DNA of 64,000 nucleotides. Source: an uncultured Bacilli bacterium (GTDB taxonomy: Bacteria > Bacillota_I > Bacilli_A > RF39 > UBA660). Positions 1-10,288 of this stretch are shown here, piece by piece (position 1 is the first letter of the stretch; the number at the start of each line of letters is the position of its first letter). The translations under genes were made by a program, and so were the position numbers. The DNA lies in contig CANREL010000004.1 in NCBI GenBank assembly GCA_947629655.1, positions 13,577-77,576 of the forward strand, written 5' to 3'. The notes beneath the pieces are model-generated. The model was not told the DNA's origin. It made no database searches and saw only the letters and a list, made by a program, of their open reading frames with translations.

Positions 1-1
1 G

Positions 2-2821
2 TATTTTAGAAACTTATTTTATGAAACGCATGACTTATTTCCCAACTTGGCATTTAATTTAGGAAATGGTCAAAATATATATAATTTGTCATATTATGGA
101 TTTTTGAGTCCAGTCATTTTCATATCATATTTATTTCCTTTTGTAGCCATGAACGATTACATCATCATTTCAACGATAATATTACTTTTGATGAGTAGTA
201 TTTTGATGTATTTCTTCATGAAGAAAAAGACTAATGATTACAATATTGCGTTGATAGGCAGTTTTGTATTTTTAATGGCTTCACCACTAATTTTTCATGC
301 ACATCGTCATATCATGTTCATGAATTATTTACCATTTTTATTGATGGGATATTTTGGTGTTGATAAGTATTTTGAAAAAAATAGTAAATGGTTATTAACT
401 CTATCGGTATTTTTGATGATAATGACTAGTTATCTATTCAGTGTGTGTGGAATTTTATCAATTGTCATATATGGAATTTATTGTTATTTACAAAGAAATG
501 ATAAAATTACTTTAAAAGGTTTTATCAGTGATGGATTTAAATTTGTTTTGCCAATATTAGTTGGCGTGTTGATGTCTTGTATTTTAATTGGACCAACGTT
601 CTATTCTTTGTTGAATGGAAGAGAATCAACTACTAGTATGAATCTTTTTAAGTTGTTAATGCCTGACGTTGACATCAGTAAACTTTTATACGGTACTTAT
701 GCGATGGGACTTTCATCACTAGCTCTAATCGGTTTAGTTGGAAGTTTTTCAATTAAGAAAAAAGAAAATGTCTTTTTAGCTACTGCTTTAGCGATAATAT
801 TGATATTTCCAATATTTACCTATTTGTTAAATGGGGGATTATATACAGAAAGTAAGATATTAATTCCGCTAATACCATTATTTATTTTGATGATTGGTGA
901 TGTGTTAAAGAACATTTTTGAAAAAAGAATAAAGGTTCGACCAATCATTATGTCAACTGTCATAATATGTTCAATTTCATTACTATTTAATGACTATAAA
1001 CAAATAGAAGTTTTATTAATTGAATTATCAATTGTCATCATATGTGTTTATCTACTATATAAAAAGAAATATTTTAGATATTTTTACATGTATCTATTTC
1101 CAGCTCTATTAATCATAAATATTTGCTTTAATTTCGGAGATACACTAATTGAAAAAGATTATTATGATCGTTTTACGGATCCAGTTTTAGATATCATTGA
1201 TGATGATCAATCTTTTTATCGAGTAAATGTTTTTGATTACAATTTGGATCATGTCAATCGCGTTTATGATAGTGAATATTATACTTCAGGTATGTACTCA
1301 TCGAGTGCTTCAATCGGTTATGAAGATTTCTTCTATCAAAGAATCGGTAATGAAATAACTTTTAGAACTTATCGTCAAATGGGAAATACTGCTAATTTGT
1401 TTTATAACATCTATAATGGTAATAAATATTTAGTAGCTGATGACTTTGATTCTGGATTTTATAAAAAGATAGGTGATATGACTTATATCAATGATAATGT
1501 TTTACCAGTTGGATATGTATCAAATCGATTGATGAGTCGCAGTTATTATGATGAATTAAATTATCCTGATAATATCTATGCCTATTTGAATTATGTAATT
1601 GTTGATGATGATCACATATCAAATCACTATGATTCTAAGTTTGAAAAAATAGATCTTGACTATGATTTGATATCGACGGAAGCTAAATATGAATTCATTG
1701 ATAATGGTATTAAGTTCAATTCTTCAAAGAATAAATCAAAAGTTAAATTACATCTTAATAATGATTTGGAAAATAAAGTTTTATTAGTAAGTTTCGATAT
1801 GAAATATCAAGAAATGTGTGATGTTGGGGATACTTACATTAAAATTAATGGTATTGAAAATAAGTTGTCATGTCGCAGTTGGAAATACAATAATAAAAAT
1901 TATAATTTTATTTACGTATTATCTAGTAATGATTTATCAGATATTGATATCGAGATATCTAAAGGCGATTATACAATTAAAAATCTTAACTTTTACACTA
2001 TCGATTATGATGATGTTAGAGATGTTTTAAAAGGTATTGATCCTTTGGTCATTGATAGAGAAAAAACATTGGGGGATAAGATTGTTGGGACTATAAACGT
2101 CACTGAAGATGGATACTTTAATCTATCAGTTCCATATGATGAAGGTTTCAAAATTTATGTCGATGGTAAAATGGTCGATTATGAAAAAACAGATATTAAC
2201 TTCATGGGATTCATGATGAAAAAAGGACATCATGATGTAGAAATTATTTATGAAGCACCATATAAAAAAGTTAGTATGTGGGTATCAATAATTGGATTTA
2301 TATTATTTATTTTGGAGGTATTAATGGTTGGTTTTATCAATGTTTTTGGAGATTTGTTGAATGAAATAAAAAATCCTAAAACAAAATTGTTCAAATTGAT
2401 TATGGGACTTTATTCGAAGTATAAAGAAATTGTTAATTATTTGATAGTTGGAGTTTTGACGACAGTTGTCAGTTTAGCTAGTAAATGGATTCTTCTATTT
2501 ACGGTTTTAGATGCTGAAAATGCATTTCAGTTACAAGTAGCTATTATCATCTCTTGGATATGTGCTGTACTATTTGCTTATGTCACTAATAGAATGTTTG
2601 TCTTCTATAGTAAGAATAAAAATATTTTACAAGAGATGGCGAAGTTCTTTGGGGCGAGAATTATCACATTATTGATGGAAATGGTCATAATGTGGTTCTT
2701 TGTAACACTACTCAGAATGAATAGTGATACTTGGGTTTTGATTTGGACAGTTGTGACTCAAGTGTTGATCATGGTATTTAACTATGTATTCAGTAAATTA
2801 TTAGTTTTCAAGAAAAAGTAA
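2..2821 (+). CDS. YfhO-family polytopic membrane glycosyltransferase fused to a C-terminal GtrA-like domain. The 5' end is truncated by the window edge.
   Basis: The reading frame is open from base 2; the ORF track begins at an internal TTG at 47. The N-terminal ~800 aa has many TM helices of YfhO-like topology. The last ~120 aa (LIVGVLTTVVSLASKWILLF...NRMFVF) match the GtrA family. Stop is TAA at 2819-2821. Confidence 0.6.
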   Translation, partial: YFRNLFYETHDLFPNLAFNLGNGQNIYNLSYYGFLSPVIFISYLFPFVAMNDYIIISTIILLLMSSILMYFFMKKKTNDYNIALIGSFVFLMASPLIFHAHRHIMFMNYLPFLLMGYFGVDKYFEKNSKWLLTLSVFLMIMTSYLFSVCGILSIVIYGIYCYLQRNDKITLKGFISDGFKFVLPILVGVLMSCILIGPTFYSLLNGRESTTSMNLFKLLMPDVDISKLLYGTYAMGLSSLALIGLVGSFSIKKKENVFLATALAIILIFPIFTYLLNGGLYTESKILIPLIPLFILMIGDVLKNIFEKRIKVRPIIMSTVIICSISLLFNDYKQIEVLLIELSIVIICVYLLYKKKYFRYFYMYLFPALLIINICFNFGDTLIEKDYYDRFTDPVLDIIDDDQSFYRVNVFDYNLDHVNRVYDSEYYTSGMYSSSASIGYEDFFYQRIGNEITFRTYRQMGNTANLFYNIYNGNKYLVADDFDSGFYKKIGDMTYINDNVLPVGYVSNRLMSRSYYDELNYPDNIYAYLNYVIVDDDHISNHYDSKFEKIDLDYDLISTEAKYEFIDNGIKFNSSKNKSKVKLHLNNDLENKVLLVSFDMKYQEMCDVGDTYIKINGIENKLSCRSWKYNNKNYNFIYVLSSNDLSDIDIEISKGDYTIKNLNFYTIDYDDVRDVLKGIDPLVIDREKTLGDKIVGTINVTEDGYFNLSVPYDEGFKIYVDGKMVDYEKTDINFMGFMMKKGHHDVEIIYEAPYKKVSMWVSIIGFILFILEVLMVGFINVFGDLLNEIKNPKTKLFKLIMGLYSKYKEIVNYLIVGVLTTVVSLASKWILLFTVLDAENAFQLQVAIIISWICAVLFAYVTNRMFVFYSKNKNILQEMAKFFGARIITLLMEMVIMWFFVTLLRMNSDTWVLIWTVVTQVLIMVFNYVFSKLLVFKKK

Positions 2822-2877
2822 TTACTATTATTTAGCGATATGATATAATATGAAGTATAGAATATGGTGGTGATGAT

Positions 2878-3123
2878 ATGTTTAACGATCTTGGACGTAT
2901 TGTTGTGGTGGCTGGAAGAGAGTACTTGTTAGTTAGTAGAGTTAATCATGAGGTAGATAGTTATCTCTATTTAATGAGTGTTTCTAGTCCGTTAGATATT
3001 CTAATAGCTAAAGAGAAAAATAGTAGTGCATCAGTTGTGGAATTAGTCATGGTTGATGATGACGATGAAAAGAGAAAAATATATGATTTATTCATAAAAG
3101 GTGCTCGTTTAGGGTTATTGTAA
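2878..3123 (+). CDS. Small acidic hypothetical protein (81 aa), possibly DUF1292-like.
   Basis: RBS GGTGGTGA lies 5 nt upstream of the ATG. Composition resembles the DUF1292 ORF at 11548 (hydrophobic core followed by an acidic tail, VMVDDDDEKRKIYDLF). No confident family assignment. Confidence 0.4.
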   Translation: MFNDLGRIVVVAGREYLLVSRVNHEVDSYLYLMSVSSPLDILIAKEKNSSASVVELVMVDDDDEKRKIYDLFIKGARLGLL

Positions 3124-3196
3124 ATATGGTCAAAGATATGTAAAATACATATCTTTTTTTTAGTTTCCTTGTTATAATTGGGTTATGGTGATGCAT

Positions 3197-4219
3197 ATGG
3201 ATAGCATATATAATAAAACTTATGATGAACTGATTAAGTATTTTGAGTCCATTGGTGAAAAAAAGTTTAAAGCGACACAAGTATTTGAATGGTTGTATTT
3301 AAAAAGAGTAAAATCATTTGATGAGATGAGCAATATAAAAAAAGATATCATCGATGAGTTAAAAAAAGAGTTTGTCATAAAAAATATAAATCTCGATAAA
3401 GTTGAAAGAGACGTTGAAGTTAATAAATATTTATTCACGTTAAGTGATGGTAATCACATCGAATCAGTTTTGATGCGTCATGATTATGGCACTAGTATTT
3501 GTATATCTAGTCAAGTTGGATGCAATATGGGATGTCATTTTTGTGAGAGTGGTAGATTGAAAAAAGTTCGCGATTTAACAGCGGGCGAGATGGTCGAACA
3601 GATATTGAAAGTTGAAGAAGACATAAAGATACGCATCACGCACGTCGTCATCATGGGAATAGGTGAACCATTTGATAATTTTGATAATTTTAAAAGGTTT
3701 GTCGAGATAATTAATTATCAAAAAGGAATCAATATTGGAAGTCGTCACATCACTGTTTCTACTAGTGGAATCATTCCTAAAATAAAAGAATTTGAACAAT
3801 TTCCTTATCAAGTAAATTTAGCGATTAGTCTTCATGCTCCAAATGATAAAATTCGTAATGAACTGATGCCTATCAATAAAGTTTATCCGATTAAAGACTT
3901 GATAAAAGAATTAAAAAATTACATAAAAATTACTAATAGAAGAGTGACATTCGAATATATTTTGTTAGATGGAATCAATGACACAGAGATGTGTGCTAAT
4001 GAATTGTGCAATCTAGTTGAAGGAATGAATTGTTATATCAATTTAATTCCATATAATGAAACTAATAATTTGGGCTATAAAAGGAGCAAAAAAGATACTA
4101 TTTCTAAATTTTATGATATAATAAAAAAGAGAAAAATAAATGTTACGATCAGAAGAGAATTTGGAACTAATATAAGTGCTGCTTGTGGACAACTTAGAAG
4201 TAAGAAGGAGGATTTATGA
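3197..4219 (+). CDS. rlmN: 23S rRNA / tRNA (adenine-C2)-methyltransferase RlmN (radical SAM).
   Basis: Radical-SAM cluster motif CNMGCHFCESG and the RlmN/Cfr signature C-terminal Cys (AACGQL) are present. Position upstream of prpC-prkC-rsgA-rpe matches the Bacillus yloN operon. The start could instead be the ATG at 3185. Confidence 0.9.
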   Translation: MDSIYNKTYDELIKYFESIGEKKFKATQVFEWLYLKRVKSFDEMSNIKKDIIDELKKEFVIKNINLDKVERDVEVNKYLFTLSDGNHIESVLMRHDYGTSICISSQVGCNMGCHFCESGRLKKVRDLTAGEMVEQILKVEEDIKIRITHVVIMGIGEPFDNFDNFKRFVEIINYQKGINIGSRHITVSTSGIIPKIKEFEQFPYQVNLAISLHAPNDKIRNELMPINKVYPIKDLIKELKNYIKITNRRVTFEYILLDGINDTEMCANELCNLVEGMNCYINLIPYNETNNLGYKRSKKDTISKFYDIIKKRKINVTIRREFGTNISAACGQLRSKKEDL

Positions 4220-4956
4220 AATCATTTTATTTGACAGATACTGGTAAAGTAAGAAGTCATAACGAAGATAGTTTAATCGTTTTAGAAAATAGTAATCATG
4301 AGTACTTATTAGCTGTTGCTGATGGGATGGGTGGTCATTCTGCTGGTGAGGTTGCTAGTAGCATTGCGATTACACATCTAAGTAATATGTTTAAAAAAAA
4401 TTTTTTGAACTTGGAAAAGGTTCAAGCTGTCAATTGGTTACGAGATACTGTAATTGAAATTAATGATTTGATTTTTGATTATGCGGATAAACATCCTGAG
4501 AGTAAAGGAATGGGTACTACTCTAGTCGTAGCACTTGTCACTAAAGATTATGTCTTATTTGGAAATATAGGTGATTCTTCAGGATTTGTCGTAAAAAATG
4601 GAAAATTACATAAAGTTACATACGATCACACTTTGGTCAATTTACTTTTAAAAGCTGGAGAACTTACAGAAGAAGAAGCTAAGGATCATCCAAAGAAAAA
4701 TGTCCTTATGAAAGCACTTGGTGCTAACAATCCAATTGATATCGATATTTTTGATTGTGATATGGATATCGATTCAATTCTTTTGTGTAGTGATGGACTT
4801 ACAACGATGCTTGAAACTGAACAAATTGAAAAAGTGTTATTGAGTGATACGGATATTGAAGATAAAGTTATTAAATTGATTAGAAAGAGTAATAATCGCG
4901 GGGGAACTGATAATATTTCGGTTGCTTATTTAGATTTCAAAGAAAGCGGTGAATAA
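4216..4956 (+). CDS. prpC: PP2C-family Ser/Thr protein phosphatase (Stp/PrpC).
   Basis: ADGMGGHSAGEVAS metal-binding motif. Perfect RBS AAGGAGG. The ATG overlaps the rlmN TGA (ATGA). Lies immediately upstream of prkC. Confidence 0.9.
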   Translation: MKSFYLTDTGKVRSHNEDSLIVLENSNHEYLLAVADGMGGHSAGEVASSIAITHLSNMFKKNFLNLEKVQAVNWLRDTVIEINDLIFDYADKHPESKGMGTTLVVALVTKDYVLFGNIGDSSGFVVKNGKLHKVTYDHTLVNLLLKAGELTEEEAKDHPKKNVLMKALGANNPIDIDIFDCDMDIDSILLCSDGLTTMLETEQIEKVLLSDTDIEDKVIKLIRKSNNRGGTDNISVAYLDFKESGE

Positions 4957-4958
4957 GA

Positions 4959-6782
4959 TTGATAACAAAGGGGCAAAAAATAAATGATAGATACGAGATA
5001 ATTAAAAGTATCGGTGAAGGTGGAATGGCCAATGTCTATTTGGCTCAAGATACTATTTTAGATCGTAAAGTAGCTATTAAAGTTTTAAGAGGTGATTTGG
5101 CAAACGATGAAAAATTCATTCGTCGTTTTCAAAGGGAAGCTCTATCAGCGTCGTCTTTGTCTCATCCCAATATTGTTGAAATGTATGATGTTGGTGAAGA
5201 TAATGGTAATCACTACATCGTCATGGAGTATATCGAAGGTAAGACTTTAAAGCAGTTACTTAAGAAAAGAGGTAATTTAACTGTCAGTGAAGCTGTTGAC
5301 ATCATGCTTCAATTAACTGATGGTATTTCGCATGCACATGACAGTTATATAATCCATAGAGATTTAAAACCACAAAACATCATGATTCAAGAGGATGGTC
5401 AAATAAAAATAACCGATTTTGGTATTGCGATGGCCCTCAATTCTACGCAACTTACTCAAACTAATTCGGTCATGGGAAGTGTTCACTATTTACCACCAGA
5501 ACAAGCTAGTGGTAAAGGATCAACTATAAAATGTGATATTTATTCAATGGGAATTCTTTTCTATGAGTTATTGACAGGAGTTCTTCCTTTTAAAGGCGAT
5601 AATGCCGTAGAGATTGCTTTAAAACATATGAGGGATCCATTACCTAGTGTTCGAAAACAAAATTCTAACATTCCGCAAAGCGTTGAAAATATCATCATTA
5701 AAGCAACAGCGAAAAATCCTAAAAATAGATATAATGATGTCAAAGAGATGTATCAGGATTTGAGAGTGTGTCTCGATCCAGATGTGATGAATCAAGAACG
5801 ATATGTCTACAAATATCCTGAACATGAAATTGATGATACAAAAGCGGCAATTCCAACGATTAAGACAAAGAAACCTGAAAAGAAGAAGGAAGAAGAGAAA
5901 AAAGAAGAAGAACTAGAAGAGGAAATTGCGGAAGAGATAGAAGAAGAAAAGGAAGAAAAGAGCAAGTTACGTTATGTAATTTGGGCACTATTTGGAATTT
6001 TAGTCGTTCTTGTAATAGTTCTATCAGTATTATTCCTTCCCGGTTTCTTCAGTAAGGATAAAGAAGTAGAAATACCTGATGTATCAGGACTTTCAGTTGT
6101 CGATGCTGAATCAGTTCTAAAAGATAATGGTTTAGAAGTAGCGAAAGAAACTGAAAAAATGGTCAGTGCTGAATACGAGATTGGTCTTGTCGTCAAAACT
6201 GATCCAATTGCGGGTCGCAGTGTTAAAGAGGGGACTGTTATAACGATTTATGAATCCATTGGTGAAGAGACATATACGATGGAAAACTTTGTCGGTACTA
6301 ACTATATTGAAGCTCAGACCAAATTGGAAGAAGTCTATGGTTTAGATGTTACCGTTGAGAAAAAAGATATTGAAAATATTGAAGATTCTGAAGAGTTAGA
6401 CGCTCAAATTGTTATTGAACAGACACCAGCTGAAGGAACAGTTTTGAAAAAGGGTGATAAAGTAACTTTGTACATACCAGATGTGTATGATAAATATCCA
6501 GATTTCGTCAAAGAAGAATGGACGATTGATGACATTGATGCTTTCTGTCAACAATATGGAATTACTTTAGAGAAGAAATATCAAGCTACATCAAGTTATA
6601 AGCCAGGACAAATAATTCGTCAGTCAAGATCGGCTGGTAGTAAGATAGTTAGTGGTGCAACATTGATAATAACAATCGCTGAAGAACCAAAAGTTGAAAC
6701 ACCAGAACCACCTAGTGATAGTGGTACTAGCAGTAGTGGTGATAGTACAGGAACGACAACAGGTGATGGTGGCAATACGTAA
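4959..6782 (+). CDS. prkC: Eukaryotic-type Ser/Thr protein kinase PrkC with a K/E-rich linker, one TM helix and PASTA repeats.
   Basis: Kinase motifs GEGGMANVY, VAIK, HRDLKPQNIM, DFG and PPE are present. A TM segment (ALFGILVVLVIVL) is followed by three PASTA-like repeats. TTG start with GGTGA RBS. Confidence 0.9.
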   Translation: MITKGQKINDRYEIIKSIGEGGMANVYLAQDTILDRKVAIKVLRGDLANDEKFIRRFQREALSASSLSHPNIVEMYDVGEDNGNHYIVMEYIEGKTLKQLLKKRGNLTVSEAVDIMLQLTDGISHAHDSYIIHRDLKPQNIMIQEDGQIKITDFGIAMALNSTQLTQTNSVMGSVHYLPPEQASGKGSTIKCDIYSMGILFYELLTGVLPFKGDNAVEIALKHMRDPLPSVRKQNSNIPQSVENIIIKATAKNPKNRYNDVKEMYQDLRVCLDPDVMNQERYVYKYPEHEIDDTKAAIPTIKTKKPEKKKEEEKKEEELEEEIAEEIEEEKEEKSKLRYVIWALFGILVVLVIVLSVLFLPGFFSKDKEVEIPDVSGLSVVDAESVLKDNGLEVAKETEKMVSAEYEIGLVVKTDPIAGRSVKEGTVITIYESIGEETYTMENFVGTNYIEAQTKLEEVYGLDVTVEKKDIENIEDSEELDAQIVIEQTPAEGTVLKKGDKVTLYIPDVYDKYPDFVKEEWTIDDIDAFCQQYGITLEKKYQATSSYKPGQIIRQSRSAGSKIVSGATLIITIAEEPKVETPEPPSDSGTSSSGDSTGTTTGDGGNT

Positions 6783-6794
6783 AGTGGGGGTTAA

Positions 6795-7616
6795 ATGGAA
6801 GGTCAAATAGTTAAAATAATAAGTAATTTATATACTGTTAATTGTAATGGAAATTTGTATGAATGCAATAGTCGTGGCAAATTCCGCAAAGATAACATAA
6901 CACCAGTAGTTGGTGATTATGTCGTGATTGATAGTGATAATAAATATATTTTAGAAGTAAAACCTAGGAAGAATCGATTAATAAGACCAATGGTCAGTAA
7001 TATTGACCAAGGTCTTATTCTAACGAGTGTAAAAATTCCTGATTTTTCACCAATTCTATTGGATAAATTGATAACTTTGATGGAAATCAATAATGTTGAA
7101 CCAATTATCTGTTTCAGTAAGATGGATTTATTGAGTGATTCTGAAAAAAAGGAAATATTCAAATATATCGATTACTATAAGAAAATTGGTTATCGCGTCT
7201 TCATCAATGATCAAGTCGCTGAAATAAAAAAGATTTTTAAGAATAAAATAACGGTATTTACTGGTCAGACTGGGGCTGGAAAGAGTAGTTTAATAAATAG
7301 ACTCAGTCCTGATGTCAATTTTCAAACTGGTGAAGTTTCTATTGCTTTGGGACGTGGTAGACATACGACACGCCATGTCGAATTAATTGAATTATTTGAT
7401 GGTAAAATATTAGATACTCCAGGTTTTTCAAGTTTAGAGTTTAATAATATAGATAGAGAAAAAATACGTGATGCTTTTGTCGAGTTTAAAAATTATCCTT
7501 GTAAGTTTAAAGATTGTATGCATTTGAATGAGCGTGATTGTTCAGTTAAAGATGCGGTTAAAAATGGAGAGATATTAGAGTCACGTTATAATGATTATAA
7601 AAAGATAGTACAGTAG
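6795..7616 (+). CDS. rsgA: Ribosome small-subunit-dependent GTPase RsgA (CpgA/YloQ).
   Basis: Circularly permuted GTPase with FSKMDLL, a GQTGAGKSSLINRL P-loop and DTPGF. C-terminal Zn-finger CKFKDCMHLNERDC. Confidence 0.9.
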   Translation: MEGQIVKIISNLYTVNCNGNLYECNSRGKFRKDNITPVVGDYVVIDSDNKYILEVKPRKNRLIRPMVSNIDQGLILTSVKIPDFSPILLDKLITLMEINNVEPIICFSKMDLLSDSEKKEIFKYIDYYKKIGYRVFINDQVAEIKKIFKNKITVFTGQTGAGKSSLINRLSPDVNFQTGEVSIALGRGRHTTRHVELIELFDGKILDTPGFSSLEFNNIDREKIRDAFVEFKNYPCKFKDCMHLNERDCSVKDAVKNGEILESRYNDYKKIVQ

Positions 7617-7624
7617 GTGATCAT

Positions 7625-8248
7625 ATGAAAAAGAAAGTATCAGTTTCTTTTTTTAGTAGTAAAAATATTGAAGATGATTTGATAAGTTTATGTGATACAT
7701 CAGTTGATTACATCCATGTCGATGTTGGTGATGGTAAATTCATTGAAAGAAAATTTAATCCAATCAAAGAGTTAAGCGGTTTATCAGGAGCACTTACTAA
7801 GCGATTAGATGTCCATTTCATGGTTGAAGATCCAGAGAAGTATATCATCGATTACAGTGAATTGAATTGTGAATATATAACGTTTCATTGTGAGATAAAA
7901 AAAGATATTTTGAAACTTTTAGATCTCATTAAATCTTATGGAATTAAATGTGGTTTAGCGATTAGTCCAGATACGGATATCTGTTTCTTGGAACCTTTTT
8001 TAGATGACATTGACATGATTTTAGTAATGAGTGTCGTACCAGGTAAAGGGGGACAGAGTTTTATCTATTCGACTATTGATAGAATAAAAGAGATAAAAAA
8101 ATTAATTGGTAGGCGTGATATCGTCATCAATGTCGATGGAGGAATAAATGGGGAAACTTCTAAGTTGGTCGATAGTGATATCGTTGTCAGTGGAAGCTTT
8201 GTCTTAGGTAGTGGTGATCTAGAGAAAAATATTGAAGCAGTAAGGTGA
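7625..8248 (+). CDS. rpe: Ribulose-phosphate 3-epimerase.
   Basis: HVDVGDGKF and LVMSVVPGKGGQSF motifs. Position after rsgA is as in Firmicutes. Confidence 0.85.
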   Translation: MKKKVSVSFFSSKNIEDDLISLCDTSVDYIHVDVGDGKFIERKFNPIKELSGLSGALTKRLDVHFMVEDPEKYIIDYSELNCEYITFHCEIKKDILKLLDLIKSYGIKCGLAISPDTDICFLEPFLDDIDMILVMSVVPGKGGQSFIYSTIDRIKEIKKLIGRRDIVINVDGGINGETSKLVDSDIVVSGSFVLGSGDLEKNIEAVR

Positions 8249-8252
8249 TTAG

Positions 8253-8876
8253 ATGAAAAAATTTTTAATACCATTAATGTTGGTTTTAGCAATTTTGGTA
8301 ACGGGATGTACAATCGATATCAGTAAGAATCACGATCGAGATGATAATGCGATGGATGAAGAAGAGAGAAGTACTGATAAAGAAAAAATGGAAAGTGTAG
8401 GTAGTACATCTAGTAAAGATGCTCCCCTAAGCATTGGAGAAGTTGGTATTTCTAGTAAGTACAATGCCATATTGGATACTTATCAAGATGTCGATGTCAA
8501 ATTGTTAAAAATTTATGATGATGAACTTTATCAAATTGAAAAATATAATGAAAAAAATCCAGATGATCAGATTGAAGTAGATGATGATTACAAAGCGGTA
8601 GTTCTTCAATATGAGGTATCTCTATTCGATTTTGAAACTGAATCTTTTGGAACTAGTGTTGAACTAGATACGGAAATTACGGATGTAAATGATAACAGTT
8701 TTGTTGTCAATGGTGTTAAACAAGTCATCGATGTCAAAGTTTTAGATAGTGATGCAGGAATTACTAATGGATCTAGTGGAAAAGTTACTATTTTTTTCCA
8801 AATACCGAAAGATGTGACTAATTATTTAGTCAAGTTAGGCACAAATAATCAAAAAATTGCGTATTATAAAGTGTAA
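8253..8876 (+). CDS. Lipoprotein of unknown function (DUF4352-like C-terminal beta-sandwich).
   Basis: Lipobox LAILVTGCT, an acidic linker and a beta-rich C-terminal domain. Confidence 0.55.
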   Translation: MKKFLIPLMLVLAILVTGCTIDISKNHDRDDNAMDEEERSTDKEKMESVGSTSSKDAPLSIGEVGISSKYNAILDTYQDVDVKLLKIYDDELYQIEKYNEKNPDDQIEVDDDYKAVVLQYEVSLFDFETESFGTSVELDTEITDVNDNSFVVNGVKQVIDVKVLDSDAGITNGSSGKVTIFFQIPKDVTNYLVKLGTNNQKIAYYKV

Positions 8877-8890
8877 ATGAGAGGTGTCAT

Positions 8891-10018
8891 ATGATTTATT
8901 TAGATTATTCAGCAACTACTCCAGTTGATAAAGAAGTCATCAGAACTTTTTCTAAGACTTGTGAAGAGTATTTTGCTAATCCAAATTCATTGCATAAAGA
9001 GGGAGTAAAAGCTAATGCTTTGATAAATGCAGCAACCGTCCAAATAGCTGATATTTTGGGAGTAAAGCCAAGTGAAATAATTTATACGAGTGGCGCTAGT
9101 GAAAGTAATAATTTGGCCATTAAAGGCATTTGTGATAGATATCAAAATCGAGGTAAACACATAATTACTACAGATTTTGAACATTCATCTGTCTTTGCAC
9201 CATGTGGATATTTACAAAAACATGGTTTTGATGTCGATTTCGTAAAGACAAAAGATGATGGAAAAGTCGATTTAGACGATTTGAAAAGACTCATCCGTGA
9301 TGATACGATTTTAGTAAGTATTACGGCGGTTAATAGTGAGATAGGTATCATTGAACCAATTGAAGAAATTGGCGAAATATTGAAAGAATATCCAAAAGTG
9401 TTTTATCATGTCGATTTGACTCAGAGCATTGGAAAGCAAAAGATTGATATGACCAATATTGATCTAGCTAGTTTTTCAGCTCATAAATTTTTTGGAATAA
9501 AGGGCATAGGTGTTTTAGTCAAAAAAGAAAACATCAGTATTGAACCATTAATTCATGGTGGAAAGAGTACGACTATATATCGAAGTGGTACGCCTTCAAC
9601 TCCATTAATCGCATCGATTTCTAAAGCTTTGCGATTAGTTAATATCGATATGGATAAACATTATGAATACGTCACTAAAATAAATGAGAAACTTCGTGAT
9701 GAACTGTCCAAATATGATAAAGTTCGCATCAATAGTCCAGAAGATGCTCTTCCATATATTTTGAACATAAGTGTTTTAGGAGTAAAACCAGAAGTTTTAT
9801 TACATGCGCTTGAGGAAGATGAAGTTTATATTTCAACGCAGACAGCTTGTAGTAGTAAAAATGATGAATCAAAAGCTGTATATGCTTTGACAAAAGATAA
9901 GGACAGAAGTAGATCGAGTGTTAGAATTAGTCTTTCTTATAAGACGACAGAAGAAGAAATAGAAGAATTTTTAAAAATATTTGATAAATGTTATAATAGA
10001 CTTACTACTTTGAGGTGA
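8891..10018 (+). CDS. Cysteine desulfurase (class-V aminotransferase, NifS/IscS-like).
   Basis: PLP-lysine motif SFSAHKFFG, catalytic-loop Cys (QTACSS), and a length of 375 aa. Confidence 0.85.
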   Translation: MIYLDYSATTPVDKEVIRTFSKTCEEYFANPNSLHKEGVKANALINAATVQIADILGVKPSEIIYTSGASESNNLAIKGICDRYQNRGKHIITTDFEHSSVFAPCGYLQKHGFDVDFVKTKDDGKVDLDDLKRLIRDDTILVSITAVNSEIGIIEPIEEIGEILKEYPKVFYHVDLTQSIGKQKIDMTNIDLASFSAHKFFGIKGIGVLVKKENISIEPLIHGGKSTTIYRSGTPSTPLIASISKALRLVNIDMDKHYEYVTKINEKLRDELSKYDKVRINSPEDALPYILNISVLGVKPEVLLHALEEDEVYISTQTACSSKNDESKAVYALTKDKDRSRSSVRISLSYKTTEEEIEEFLKIFDKCYNRLTTLR

Positions 10019-10024
10019 TATTAA

Positions 10025-10285
10025 ATGAAAATTATAAAAATAAATGCTGTTTGGTGTCCAGCATGCATACTAACCAATAAGATTTGGAAAAAAGCTAAAG
10101 AAGATTTTTCTGATTTGAAAATAGAAGAATTGGATTATGACTTTGATGAAGATGAAGTTAAAAAGTATGATGTCGGTAAAGTCCTACCAGTAGTTATTTT
10201 TATGAGAGATGGCATGGAAGTTGAAAGATTAGTTGGTGAAAAGAATAGAGAAGAAATATATGCAGCAATTGATAGGAATAAGTAG
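10025..10285 (+). CDS. Small cytoplasmic thioredoxin-like protein.
   Basis: WCPAC active-site motif in a thioredoxin-length fold (86 aa). Confidence 0.7.
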   Translation: MKIIKINAVWCPACILTNKIWKKAKEDFSDLKIEELDYDFDEDEVKKYDVGKVLPVVIFMRDGMEVERLVGEKNREEIYAAIDRNK

Positions 10286-10288
10286 AAG

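Noticed and set aside
1818-2030. Internal + strand ORFs in alternative frames (1818-2030, 33442-33648, 38066-38269, 48762-48965).
   Set aside because: They are fully nested in longer conserved coding regions in another frame, with no independent support.
3092-3438. The minus-strand ORFs in the track (3092-3280, 3220-3438, 3575-3811, 5561-5825, 5972-6196, 6624-6806, 6917-7162, 8065-8313, 8987-9351, 10747-10932 and similar ones throughout) could be genes.
   Set aside because: They lie antisense within strongly conserved + strand genes, have no RBS, and show low-complexity composition. They are typical spurious ORFs in AT-rich DNA.
5850-5970. K/E-rich repeats in prkC (KKPEKKKEEEKKEEELEEEIAEE) and in the tail of 27466 (28860-29095) could be functional tandem repeats or CRISPR-like arrays.
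   Set aside because: This is compositional low complexity in protein linkers (GAA/AAG codon runs). There are no regularly spaced direct repeats with unique spacers anywhere in the window.
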